Both the position numbers and the translations under genes were made by a program. Below the pieces are notes generated by a model. The model was not told where the DNA came from. It worked only from the letters and a program-made list of their open reading frames with translations, and ran no database searches. 64,000 nucleotides of DNA, from NCBI GenBank assembly GCA_977017575.1, contig CDRNVI010000173.1, positions 1 to 64,000 of the forward strand. Direction: 5' to 3'. The stretch's first letter is position 1; the number at the start of each line of letters is the position of its first letter. This document shows, in pieces, positions 49,170 through 60,760 of the stretch. The DNA is from Paramoeba atlantica. Lineage: Eukaryota > Protista > Discosea.

Positions 49170-51447
49170 TTATTTCCACAATTCAATTGACTTTTTCTTC
49201 CAATCAGAAACAATCATTGTTCCAAATGAATCAACAACAATCCCAGTCGGACACTTCATGTGATGTTGACCAAACGAAAAAAGAAATGTTCCATCTTTCT
49301 CAAACACACTCACTTTTTCATTTCCTCGATCACAAACAACAATTCTACCTTCCCCATCCACATCAACACCTTTTGGACAATCGAATTGAGAATCATCTGA
49401 ACCATATGTTCCAAAACATCGAATAAAATTCCCTTCAATATCCATCACTTGAATCCGATGATTCAAACGATCAGAAATAACAATATTCCCATCTCCATCA
49501 ACTCCAACACTGTTTGGTTCATTAAATAGACCTTCAGAAGAACCAAATGAACCAAAAGAACAAAGAAAAGATCCATCATTATCAAACACTTGAATTCGAT
49601 GATTGCAAGTATCAGCGACAATAATTCGACCTTCTTCATCCACATCCACACCCCATGGTTCATCAAACTGACCATCTTCATCACCAAATGATCCAAAAGA
49701 TTTGATCAATTCTCCTTCTTTGCGTAGGACTACAACTCTATGAGAATCTTGAGACCAATCAAGAACAACAATTTGATCATTCAATCCAATTGAAACATCA
49801 ACAGGATCCAACTGAAGTGAATCAATTGTTTTCTGAATTGTTGATTCAATCATCTCATTTCCTTCTTTATCTATCACTCTCAATCCATCATCTTCACAAA
49901 CAAAAATATTCCCATCACTGTTCACACTCACTCCATGAGGTTGATTCTTCAAAGGAAAAGAAGAAACAAAACGAAAAGAATCACCACCACCATCACAACA
50001 AATCACTCCTTTCTTTCCAAATCCAACAATCCCTCCTTCAGAGACAATATCAGTTGCAGTTTGAAGAAGAGTTGAAAAAAGTTGATCATCAAAAAAGAGA
50101 GAAACATCACAATCAGTTGTTGTTGTTGTTGTTGGTGTGTTGGATAAACGAATAATTGAATCTTTTCTGATTCTCAAATCTTCTTTCTCTAATTCTATTT
50201 CTTTCTTTTCAATTCTTTTCTTTTCTAATTTCTCTTCTAATTCTTTCATTTCTTTTTCAATTCTTTTTCTTTTCCTCTCAATCAAAATCAATCTTTTCTC
50301 CAATTTATCTCCAATCCTCACAACTTCATTTCTCTTCTCCAAAATACTTTCTTCAATTGATTTCACTTTCTTTCTGTGATCATCATGAGTTTCAAGAATA
50401 CAACGAGTACAAACAAAAGAAGAACATTGAAAACAAAATCCACAAATTGTTTCAGCTGGGTGTTTTGAACATTCTCTCTTCTTCAAATTCTCCAATCCCA
50501 CTCTCACCACCCCCTCCTCTTCCAATCTTCTTCTTCTTCCACCTCCCCCAACACCATCTCTTTCAGATCGTTTGTGATTTCGAGAGAAAATAGTTGAAGT
50601 GTGAGATGGATCACAAGAATCACAAATAAACATGTTGCAATCAGAACAATACATTTGAGTTTGTTCTCCACACATTTCGAAATTCACACATTCTGATCCA
50701 CCATCTCCTGTTTAAAATATATGTTTTTCAACAATTTGAAATAGCTTTTTTTCAAAAAAGAGGAAAGGGAAAGAGAGGGAAGAAAGAGAGGAAGTTCAAA
50801 AAATGGAAATAAAAACCTGATTGATTGGAGAAAGAGATCAAATTTGAAGAAAGAAGAACATCAATCGTTTCTGGAATCAAATAATTCATCGAAAGTGTTT
50901 CAACACTTTCACATTCGTTCATTTCTCGACACACTGGACATTTCACTCCTTTCAAAGAGGAAGGAGAGGAAGGAGAGGGGGAGGGAGAAGAAGAAGAAGA
51001 GGAAGAATTTTGAAGAAGAAAGAGTTTGTTGAGACAAGGAAAACAAAAAGAAAGACCACAACAAGGTAACAACCTTGGTTCTTTTTCCCAATTCATCAAC
51101 TCCAAACAGATTCCACATTCAAATCTTTTCTTTTTCTCTTCTTCCTTTCTTCTTCTCTTCATCACCACTTCTTCTCTTTCTCTTTCTCCTTCTTCTTCTC
51201 CTTCATTTTGTCCCACTTGTTGTTCTCTCTTTCCAAGAACATCCTCACTTCTTCTTCTTTCTCTTTGTTCTCTTTCATCAACATCATCTTCAATCACAAC
51301 AACATCAACATCTTCTTCTTCAATCACAACAACATCATCATCGTCAAGAGGAATTTGTTCTTTCTTTCCTCTTTTTAATTTTTTCCCCTCCTCCTCACTC
51401 CCACTTCTCACCACTTCTCTCTTTCTCTTTCCTCTTTGATCACTCAT
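49170..51447 (-). CDS. TRIM-NHL paralog copy 16, ~722 aa
   Basis: Exons 51447-50817 and 50707-49170 (109-nt phase-1 intron). Confidence 0.92.
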
Positions 51448-51969
51448 TTTATCTTCTTTTTTAATCTCTCTCTCCCCAAATCAAAACAACACCTTTTTCG
51501 ACGAAAATATTAAATGAGAGTTGTCAAGAAGTTCAAATGTGTGTGTGTGTGTGTATCAAGAGAGTTCTCTTTTTAAATAAGAGAATTGGTTGCTCTGTGT
51601 TAATATCATTTTTAGTGTCCAAATCAAAGAAATGAAATTGTCAAAAGGGGTGAGAAAAAGAAGAAAATAAAAAAGGGGGATGAAAGAAGAATGGAAAAGG
51701 AAAGGAAGGGAAAAAGAAACAAACCAAAAAACACACAAAGAAAAAGAAAAAAGAAGAAAGAGGGGTCACAAAGGTTCGTTCAACACTCGTTGGAAGAGAG
51801 AGAGAGAAAGAGAAAGAGATGCAAAGTTTTTGGTTTCCAAGAAAGAGATTTCTCTAAAACTCAACAAAAGAAAAGTTTTTTTTGAAGACAACTCAAACAG
51901 AGGAAATGAGAGAAGAGGGAGACAAAGAAGAGAGAGGGAAGAAAAGGAAACAGAAAAAAGAAAAAGAAA

Positions 51970-52013
51970 GGGTCCGAAAAGACGATTCAAAACTTTTTTA
52001 ACATCTGAAAAAA
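51970..52013 (+). promoter_or_regulatory. Conserved ~44-bp spacer element, copy 9 of 10
   Basis: GGGTCCGAAAAGACGATTCAAAACTTTTTTAACATCTGAAAAAA, between divergent copies 16 and 17. Confidence 0.55.
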
Positions 52014-52572
52014 CCTTCTTTTTTTTTTGTTTTTTGTTTTTTTGTTTTTCCTCTTTTCCCCTCTCTCTCTTCTCTTCCTCTCCTCTTGTTTTGACCCACC
52101 TCCTTTTTTCCACTTGAAGATTGCCTCTCCTTCCCTCTTTCTCTCTTTCTTTCCATCTTTGAGGGTTTTTGGACTCTCTGTTCAGTTGTGTTTTGGTCTT
52201 TTGTTCTTCTCTGTTCCTCTTTCTCTTCCTATCTCTCTCTCTCTTCTCTCTCTCTCTTCTCTTCATTTTGGGCTCTGGATCCTCTTTTTATTTGCGAATT
52301 GGTTTTCTCCCATTGTTCTTCATTTCATTTTTTGTGTTTTGTTTTGGCAGCAGCAGTCTCTCTCTCTCTGTAGTTGGGATAGTTTTGGTTTGCTTTTCTT
52401 TTTTCTTTTTCGTTTTCATTTTCCTCTCTATTTCTTTTGAGGTGTTTTGTTTGTTCTTTTTGTCAAATATTTTGTCTTTTTCATTCTCTTATTTTTTTAA
52501 AAAAATTGTTCTTTTTTCATTGTTGCTTTTTCATTTATTTTTGTTGTTGAATTCTATTTTCCAGAAACAAAA

Positions 52573-54895
52573 ATGGGTGAAAATAGAGGAAAGAGAAAGA
52601 GAGGAGAAACAGAATTGGAAACTGAGAAAAAGAAAAAAACCAAAAGAGGAAAGAAAGAGAAAGAAGAAGAACAAACAACAAATCATGGTGATGATGTTGT
52701 TGTAATTGAAGAAGAAGAAGATGGTGATGATGAAATAAGAGAAAGAAGAAGTGAGGATGTTCTTGGAAAGAGAGAACAACAAAATGAAGGAGAAAGAGAA
52801 AGAGAAGAAGAAGAGGTGATGAAGAGAAGAAGAAAGGAAGAAGAAGAGAAAAAGAAAAGATTTGAATGTGGAATATGTTTGGAGTTGATGAGTTGGGAAA
52901 AAGAACCAAGGTTGTTACCTTGTTGTGGTCTTTCTTTTTGTTCTCTTTGTCTCAACAAACTCTTCCTTCTTCAAAATCCTTCCTCTTTCTCTTCCCCATC
53001 TCCCCCTCCTTCTTCTTCTTCCTCTCCTTCTCCCTCTTCTTCCTCAACATCTTCTTCCTCATCACCTTCTTCTTTCTCATCTCTCTCTTCTCCCTCTTCT
53101 TCTTCCTCTTCCTCTTTGAAAGGAGTGAAATGTCCAGTTTGTAGAGAAATGAACGAATGTGAAAGCGTTGAATCACTTTCGATGAATTATTTGATTCCAG
53201 AAACGATTGATGTTCTTCTTTCTTCAAATTTGATCTCTTTCTCCAATCAATCAGGTTTTTTCTCCCTTTTTTTGAACTTCCTCTCTTTCTTTCCTCTCTT
53301 TTCTTTGTTGAGAAAAAGTTATTTGAAGTTGTTGAAAAATATATTAAATATTTTTGAAAAAACAGGAGATGGTGGAATGAATTTCGAAACGTGTGGAGAA
53401 CAAACTCAAATGTTTTGTTCTGATTGTAAAATGTTTATTTGTGATTCTTGTGATCCATCTCACACTTCAACTCTTTTCTCTCAAAATCACAAACGATCTG
53501 AAAGAGATGGTGTTGAGGGAGGTGGAAGAAGAAGAAGATTGGAAGAGGAGGAGGAGGGGGTGGTGGGAGTGATGGGATTGGAGAATTTGAAGAAGAGAGA
53601 ATGTTCAAAACACCCATCTGAAACAATTTGTGGATATTGTTTTCAATGTTCTTCTTTTGTTTGTACTCATTGTATTCTTGAAACACATAACAAACACAAT
53701 GAGAAAGTGAAATCAATTGAAGAAAGTATTTTGGAGAAAAGGAATGAAGTTGTAAAGATTGGAGAGAAGATTGATTGTAATTGAAAGGAAAAGAAATAGA
53801 ATTGAAAAAGAAATGAAAGAATTAGAAGAGAAATTAGAAAAGAAAAGAATTGAAAAGAAAGAAATAGAATTGGAGAAAGAAGATTTGAGAATCAGAAAAG
53901 ATTCAATCATTCATTTATCCAACACACCAACAACAACAACAACAACTGATTGTGATGTTTCTCTCTTTTTTGATGATCAACTTTTTTCAACTTTTCTTCA
54001 AACTGCAAATGATATTGTTTCTGAAGGAGTTGTTGTTGGATTATTCTCAAAACCAAAGAAAGGAGTGATTTGTTGTGATGGTGGTGGTGATTTGATTCGA
54101 GTTGTTTCTTCTTTTCCTTTAGAGAATGTACCTTTTGGAATGAGTGTGAACAGTGATGGGAATATTTTTATTTGCGAAGGTGACCAATTGAGTGTGAGAG
54201 ATAAAGAAGGAAATGAGATTGGTTCAATTCAAAAAACAATTGATTCACTTCAGTTGGAACCTGTTGATGTTTCAATTGGATTGGATGATCAAATTGTTGT
54301 TCTTGATCATTCTCAAGATTCTCGGAGAGTTGTAATCTTAAACAAAGAAGGAGAATTGATCAAATCTTTTGGATCAAATGGTTCTGAAGATGGTCAGTTT
54401 AATTCTCCATATGGTGTGGATGTGGATGAAGAAGGTAGAATTATTGTTGTTGATACTTTGAATCATCGAATTCAAGTGTTTGATAATGATGGATCTTTTC
54501 TTTGTTCTTTTGGTTCATTTGGTTCTTCTGAAGGTCAATTTCATGGACCAAACAATGTTGTAGTTGATGGAGATGGGAATATTATTATTTCTGATACTTT
54601 CAATCATCGGATTCAAGTGATGGATATTGAAGGGAATTTTATTCGATGTTTTGGAACATTTGGTTCAGGTGATTCTCAATTGCGTTATCCAAGAGGTGTT
54701 GATGTTGATGGGAAAGGTAGAATTGTTGTTTGTGAAGAAGGAAACAGAAGAGTGAGTGTGTTTGAGAAAGATGGAACATTTCTTTTTTCATTTGGTAAAC
54801 ATCACATGAAAGATCCTTATGGGATTGTTATTGATTCATTTGGAACAATTATTATTTCTGATTGGGAGAAGAAGTCGATTGAATTTTGGAAATAA
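52573..54895 (+). pseudogene. TRIM-NHL copy 17, frameshifted at the start of the coiled coil
   Basis: Intron 53255-53365 (111 nt). An 11-nt deletion near 53758 (ATTGGAGATAAATTGGAG to ATTGGAG) gives a stop at 53784. The coiled coil-NHL ORF 53759..54895 is otherwise intact. Confidence 0.85.
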
Positions 54896-55938
54896 CTAAT
54901 TTTTGAAGAGAGGAGGAAGGTTTGTTTGTCATTTTCTTTTCTCTTGATTTCTATTCATTTAGCTGGGATTTTGTTTTTTTTTTCTCGATTTTCATTTGTT
55001 TTATTTTTTTAAATTAATTAACCATTTTTTTGTTTTTTTGGTTCCTTTTTTCTGTATTTGGGAGGAAAATTAAAAAGAAAATTAACTTTTCCTCTCCCCC
55101 TTCCTCTCCTTCTCTTCCTTTTAGTCTCTGGCGCGCTCTTACACATCTTCTTCAATTTCGATTCGATAATTTTCTTTGTGTGTTGTATTATGTTGTGGAT
55201 GTTCTCTCTTTTTTCCTATTTTGTTTTCTCTTCAAATTTTGGAGGTATTTTTTTCCTCTTTGCTTTGTTTTCTTGATTTGTTTTTATTTTTTTCTTTTTA
55301 ATTTTTTTTTTGAGAATTTACTTCTGATGTTGGGGTGAACAGAAAAATAGAGCTCCCAAAATGAATCTTCTCCTCTCTTTGTGTTTTGTTTTGTGTGTGT
55401 TGGATGGATCAACTTTATTGGCTCTTTTGTGTTTCGTCTCTCTCTCTCCTTCCCCTCTCTTGTGTTGTGTTGTGTTGTGTTGTGTCTTTTTTTTTGTTTT
55501 TTCTTTCTGATTGAGGGGGAGGAATAAAACTTCTTGGTTGATCAAATGAGGGTAATTAATACAATCTTTGGGAAAAAGGAAATTTTAATAATTAAAAAAA
55601 TGAGAATATTACTCCCCCAAAGGAAGAACTTCAACCCACCCCAAAATCGTTTCAAAGAAAGAGAAAATAGAAGAAACAACAACCTTGAAAATGAAAGAAG
55701 AAAGATGGGAAACACAAAAAAAGGTGTCAATGGAGGAGAGAGAGAAGAGTCATCGATTGGTGTGGAGAAATCGAAAGCAGAAAAGAAGGAGAATCAAAAA
55801 AGCGAAGATTGGGAGCGAAAAGACCGTGCAGTCTCTGGAAGTTAAACACCCTAAAAAGAAGAAGAAGGGAGAGAATTATTAATCCGACAAAAAATGAGAA
55901 AAAAAAAAAAGAAAAAACAAACCTTCCTCCTCCTCTCT

Positions 55939-57507
55939 TCAAAATGATTTCCAAAATTCAATTGACTTATTCTCATAATCTGAAACAATAATTGTTCCAA
56001 ATGAATCAATAACAACCCCATTAGGATCTCTCATATGATGTTGACCAAACGAAAAAAGAAATGTTCCATCTTTCTCAAACACACTCACTCTTCTATTTCC
56101 TGTATCACAAACAAAAATTCTACCTTCCCCATCCACATCAACACTTCCCGGACAATCGAATTGAGAATCACCTGAACCTTCTGTTCCAAAACATCGAATA
56201 AAATTCCCTTCAATATCCATCACTTGAATCCGATGATTCCCCACATCAGAAATAACAATATTCCCATCTCTATCAACTACAACACCATAAGGTTGATCAA
56301 ATTGACCTTCAGAAAAACCAAAAGAACCAAAAGAACGAAGAGAAGATCCATCATTATCAAACACTTGAATTCGATCATTTCCAGAGTCAGCAACAATAAT
56401 TCGACCTTCTTCATCCACATCCACACCACATGGTCGGTGAAACTGACCATCTTCAGAACCACTTGATACAAAAGATTTGATCAATTCTCCTTCTTCGTTT
56501 AAGATTACAACTCGATAACAATCTTGAGAATGATCAAGAACAACAATTTGATCATTCAATCCAATTGAAACATCAACAGGTATCAACTGAAGTGAATCAA
56601 TTGTTTTCTGAATTGTTGATTCAATCATCTCATTTCCTTCTTTATCTCTCACTTTCAATCCACCCTCACCTTCACAAATAAAAATATTCCCATCACTGTT
56701 CACACTCACTCCATAAGGTTGATTCTTCAAAGGAAAAGAAGAAACAACACGAATCGAATCACCACCACCATCACAACAAATCACTCCTTTCTTTGGTTTT
56801 GAGAATAATCCAACAACAACTCCTTCAGAAACAATATCAGTTGCAGTTTGAAGAAGAGTTGAAAAAAGTTGATCATCAAAAAAGAGAGAAACATCACAAT
56901 CAGTTGTTGTTGTTGTTGGTGTGTTGGATAAACGAATGATTGAATCTTTTCTGATTCTCAAATCTTCTTTCTCTAATTCTATTTCTTTCTTTTCAATTCT
57001 TTTCTTTTCTAATTTCTCTTCTAATTCTTTCATTTCTTCTTCAATCTTTTTTCTTTTCTTTTCTATCAAAATCAATCTTTTCTCCAATTTATCTCCAATC
57101 TTTACAACTTCACTCCTTTTCTCCAAAATACTTTCTTCAATTGATTTCACTTTCTCATTATGATCATCATGTGTTTCAAGAATACAACGAGTACAAACAA
57201 AAGAAGAACATTGAAAACAATATCCACAGATTGTTTCAGATGGGTGTTTTGAACATTCTCTTTTCTTCAAATTCTCCAATCCCATCACTCCCACCACCCC
57301 CTCCTCCTCCAATCTTCTTCTTCTTCCACCTCTTCCCTCAACACCATCTCTTTCAGATCGTTTGTGATTTCGAGTGAAAATGTTTGAGGTGTGAGATGGA
57401 TCACAAGAATCACAAATAAACATTTTACAATCAGAACAAAACATTCGAGTTTGTTCTCCACACGTTTCGAAATTCGCACATTCTGATCCATCTCCTGTTG
57501 TTTTGTT
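55939..57507 (-). pseudogene. TRIM-NHL copy 18: exon 2 intact, exon 1 (RING) and promoter missing
   Basis: Exon 2 runs 57494-55939, preceded only by the intron's last 13 nt (AACAAAACAACAG). It then abuts copy 19. Confidence 0.85.
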
Positions 57508-57563
57508 ACCTTCTATATTGTGGTGATGAACAACAAAATGAAGGAGAAAGAGAAGAAGAGGTG

Positions 57564-59647
57564 ATGAAAAGAAGAAGAAAGGAAGAAGAAGAGAAAAAGA
57601 AAAGATTTGAATGTGGAATCTGTTTGGAGTTAATGAATTGGGAAAAAGAACCAAGGTTGTTACCTTGTTGTGGTCTTTCTTTTTGTACTCTTTGTCTTAC
57701 CAAACTCTTTCTTCTTCAAAATCCTTCTCCTTCTTCTTCCTCTTCTTCTTCTTCTCTTTCTCCTTCTCCTTCTCCTTCTCCCTCTTCTTCTTCTTCCTCT
57801 TCTTCTTCTTCTCTTTCTCCTTCTCCCTCTCCCTCTCCTTGTTTCTCTTCTTCTTCCTCTTCTTCCTCCTCTCCTTCTTTGAAAGGAGTGAAATGTCCAG
57901 TTTGTAGAGAAATGAACGAATGTGAAAGCGTTGAAACACTTTCGATGAATTATTTGATTCCAGAAACGATTGATGTTCTTCTTTCTTCAAATTTGATCTC
58001 TTTCTCCAATCAACCAGGTTTTTTTCTCCACTTTGGAACTCTCACTTTCTTTCCTCTTTCCTTTCTTTCTTCCTTGAAAAACATAATTTTGAAAAAGAAA
58101 CAACAGGAGATGGTGGATCAAAATGTGTAAATTTCGAAACGTGTGGAGAACGAACTCAAATGTATTGTTCTGCTTGCAACATGTTTATTTGTGATTCTTG
58201 TGATCCATCTCACACTTCAACTATTTTCACTCAAAATCACAAACGATCTGAAAGAGATGGTGTTGAGGGAGGTGGAAGAAGAAAAAGATTGGAAGAGGAG
58301 GGAGGGGTGGTGGGAGTGGGATTAGAGAATTTGAAGAAGAGAGAATGTTCAAAACACCCATCTGAAACAATTTGTGGATTTTGTTTTCAATGTTCTTCTT
58401 TTGTTTGTACTCGTTGTATTCTTGGTACACATGATGATCACAATAAGAAAGTGAAATCAATTGAAGAAAGTATTTTAGAGAAAAGGAATGAAGTTGTAAA
58501 GATTGGAGATAAATTGGAGAAAAGATTGATTTTGATTGAAAAGAAAAGAAAAAGAATTGAAGAAGAAATGAAAGAATTAGAAGAGAAATTAGAAAAGAAA
58601 AGAATTGAAAAGAAAGAAATAGAATTAGAGAAAGAAGATTTGAGAATCAGAAAAGATTCAATCATTCGTTTATCCAACACACCAACAACAACAACAACAA
58701 CTGATTGTGATGTTTCTCTCTTTTTTGATGATCAACTTTTTTCAACTCTTCTTCAAACTGCAACTGATATTGTTTCTGAAGGAGGTGTTGTTGGATTACT
58801 CAAACCAAAGAAAGGAGTGATTTGTTGTGATGGTGGTGGTGATTCAATTCGTTTTGTTTCTTCATTTCCTTTGACAAAAGGAACTTTGGGAGTGAGTGTG
58901 AACAGTGATGGGAATATTTTTATTTGTGAAGATGACGGATTGAGGGTGAGAGATAAAGAAGGAAATGAGATTGGTTCAATTCAGAAAACAATTGATTCAT
59001 TTGAGTTGGAACCTGTTGATGTTTCAATTGGATTGAATGATCAAATTGTTGTTATTGATTGGTCTTCTTATCGAGTTGTAATCTTAAACAAAGAAGGAGA
59101 ATTGATCAAATCTTTTGGATCAAAAGGTTCTGAAGATAGTCAGTTTGATGATCCAAATGGTGTGGATGTAGATGAAGCAGGTCGAATTATTGTTGCTGAT
59201 ACTGACAACCACCGAATTCAAGTGTTTGATAATGATGGATCTTTTCTTCATTCTTTTGGTTCAAAAGGTTCTTCTGATGGTCAATTTAATCAACCAAATA
59301 GTGTTGTAGTTGATGGAGATGGGAATATTGTTGTTTGTGATTCTGGAAATGATCGGATTCAAGTGATGGATATTGAAGGGAATTTTATTCGATGTTTTGG
59401 AACAAAAGGTTCAGGTCCTTCTCAATTAAACGAGCCACAAGGTGTTGATGTGGATGGGGAAGGTAGAATTTTTGTTTGTGATACAGGAAACAGAAGAGTG
59501 AGTGTGTTTGAGAAAGATGGAACATTTCTCTTTTCGTTTGGTAAACATCGCATGGAAGATCCTTTTGGGGTTGTTATTGATTCATTTGGAACAATTATTG
59601 TTTCTGATTGGGAGAAGAAGTCAATTGAATTGTGGAAATCGTTTTGA
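57564..59647 (+). CDS. TRIM-NHL copy 19, N-terminally truncated (~664 aa if started at the internal ATG 57564)
   Basis: Homology begins abruptly at ~57528 (EQQNEGE). Exons 57564-58017 and 58107-59647 (89-nt intron). The normal ATG, leader and spacer are deleted, so expression is uncertain. Confidence 0.65.
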
Positions 59648-60760
59648 AGAGAGGAGGAAGAAAGGGTTTGTTTTTTTTTCATTTTCTTTTCTCTTGATTT
59701 TTATTTTTTTTTTCACTGGGACTTTGTTTTTTCTTCTTTCTTTTTTCTTTTTCTTGATTTCATTTGTTTTTTTTTTCAATTATTTTATTCCTCTCCTCCT
59801 CTTCCTTTTAGTCTCTGGGCGCTCTTTTTGTTCCCAACACATCTTCTTCAATTTCGATTCGATACTTTTCTTTGTGTGTTGTATTATGTTGTGGATGTTC
59901 TCTCTTTTTTCCTATTTTGTTTTCTCTTCAAATTTTGGAGGTATTTTTTTCCTCTTTGCTTTGTTTTCTTGATTTGTTTTTATTTTTTTTCTTTTTAATT
60001 TTTTTTTTGAGAATTTACTTCTGATCTTTTTTTTGTTTGTGTGAACAGAAAAATAGATCTTCCTATGAGTCTTCTCCTCTCTTTATGTTTTGTTTTGTGT
60101 GCGTTAGATGGATCAACTTTATTGGCTCTTTTGTGTAAAAAAAAGACCTCCTCTCTCTCCTTCCTTTCTCTTGTGTTGTGTTGTGTTGTGAAATTCTGTC
60201 TTCTTTCTCCTTTTCTTTTCGATGTTTTTTGTTTTTTTTTTTGTTCCAAATGCCTCTTCCCTCTCCTCACTTCACTCCTTTCTGTTTCTCTTTCTTTCAT
60301 TTGTTTTGATTTTTGGGTGGATTTCTCAGTTCTTCATCCTTTTTGTGGAATAATACTTTGGTTTTTTTTGGTTGATTAAATGATTCAAATTTCTTTTCAA
60401 TTCTTTCCTTTTCTTTTTCCATTTTTCTCTCATTAAAAAAGCATTGAGGATCTTCATTCAACAAAAAGTCTACAAAAACACAAAATTTGCAAAACAGAGA
60501 AGAGAAGAAGACAGAATCTAACACAATCACAAAAGAGAGGATTTGAGGAGAAAGTCTGTTTTTTTTTCACACAAAAGAATAAAAAAAAATTCTTTGAAGT
60601 TGATCATCTCAACACAAAAGAGAAGAGAACAGAAAGAGAGGTCCCAAAGTGAGAATTCAACAACAAACAAAAAAGATCATCAGTGATTTTCTCAAAAAAA
60701 AAAACCACCAAAAAAAGCACAACAAAACCAAAAGAGAAAATAAATTCAACAAAAAACAAA

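Noticed and set aside
2179-58106. Selection for 3n intron lengths
   Set aside because: 5 of 17 measurable introns are 3n, consistent with the one-third expected by chance.
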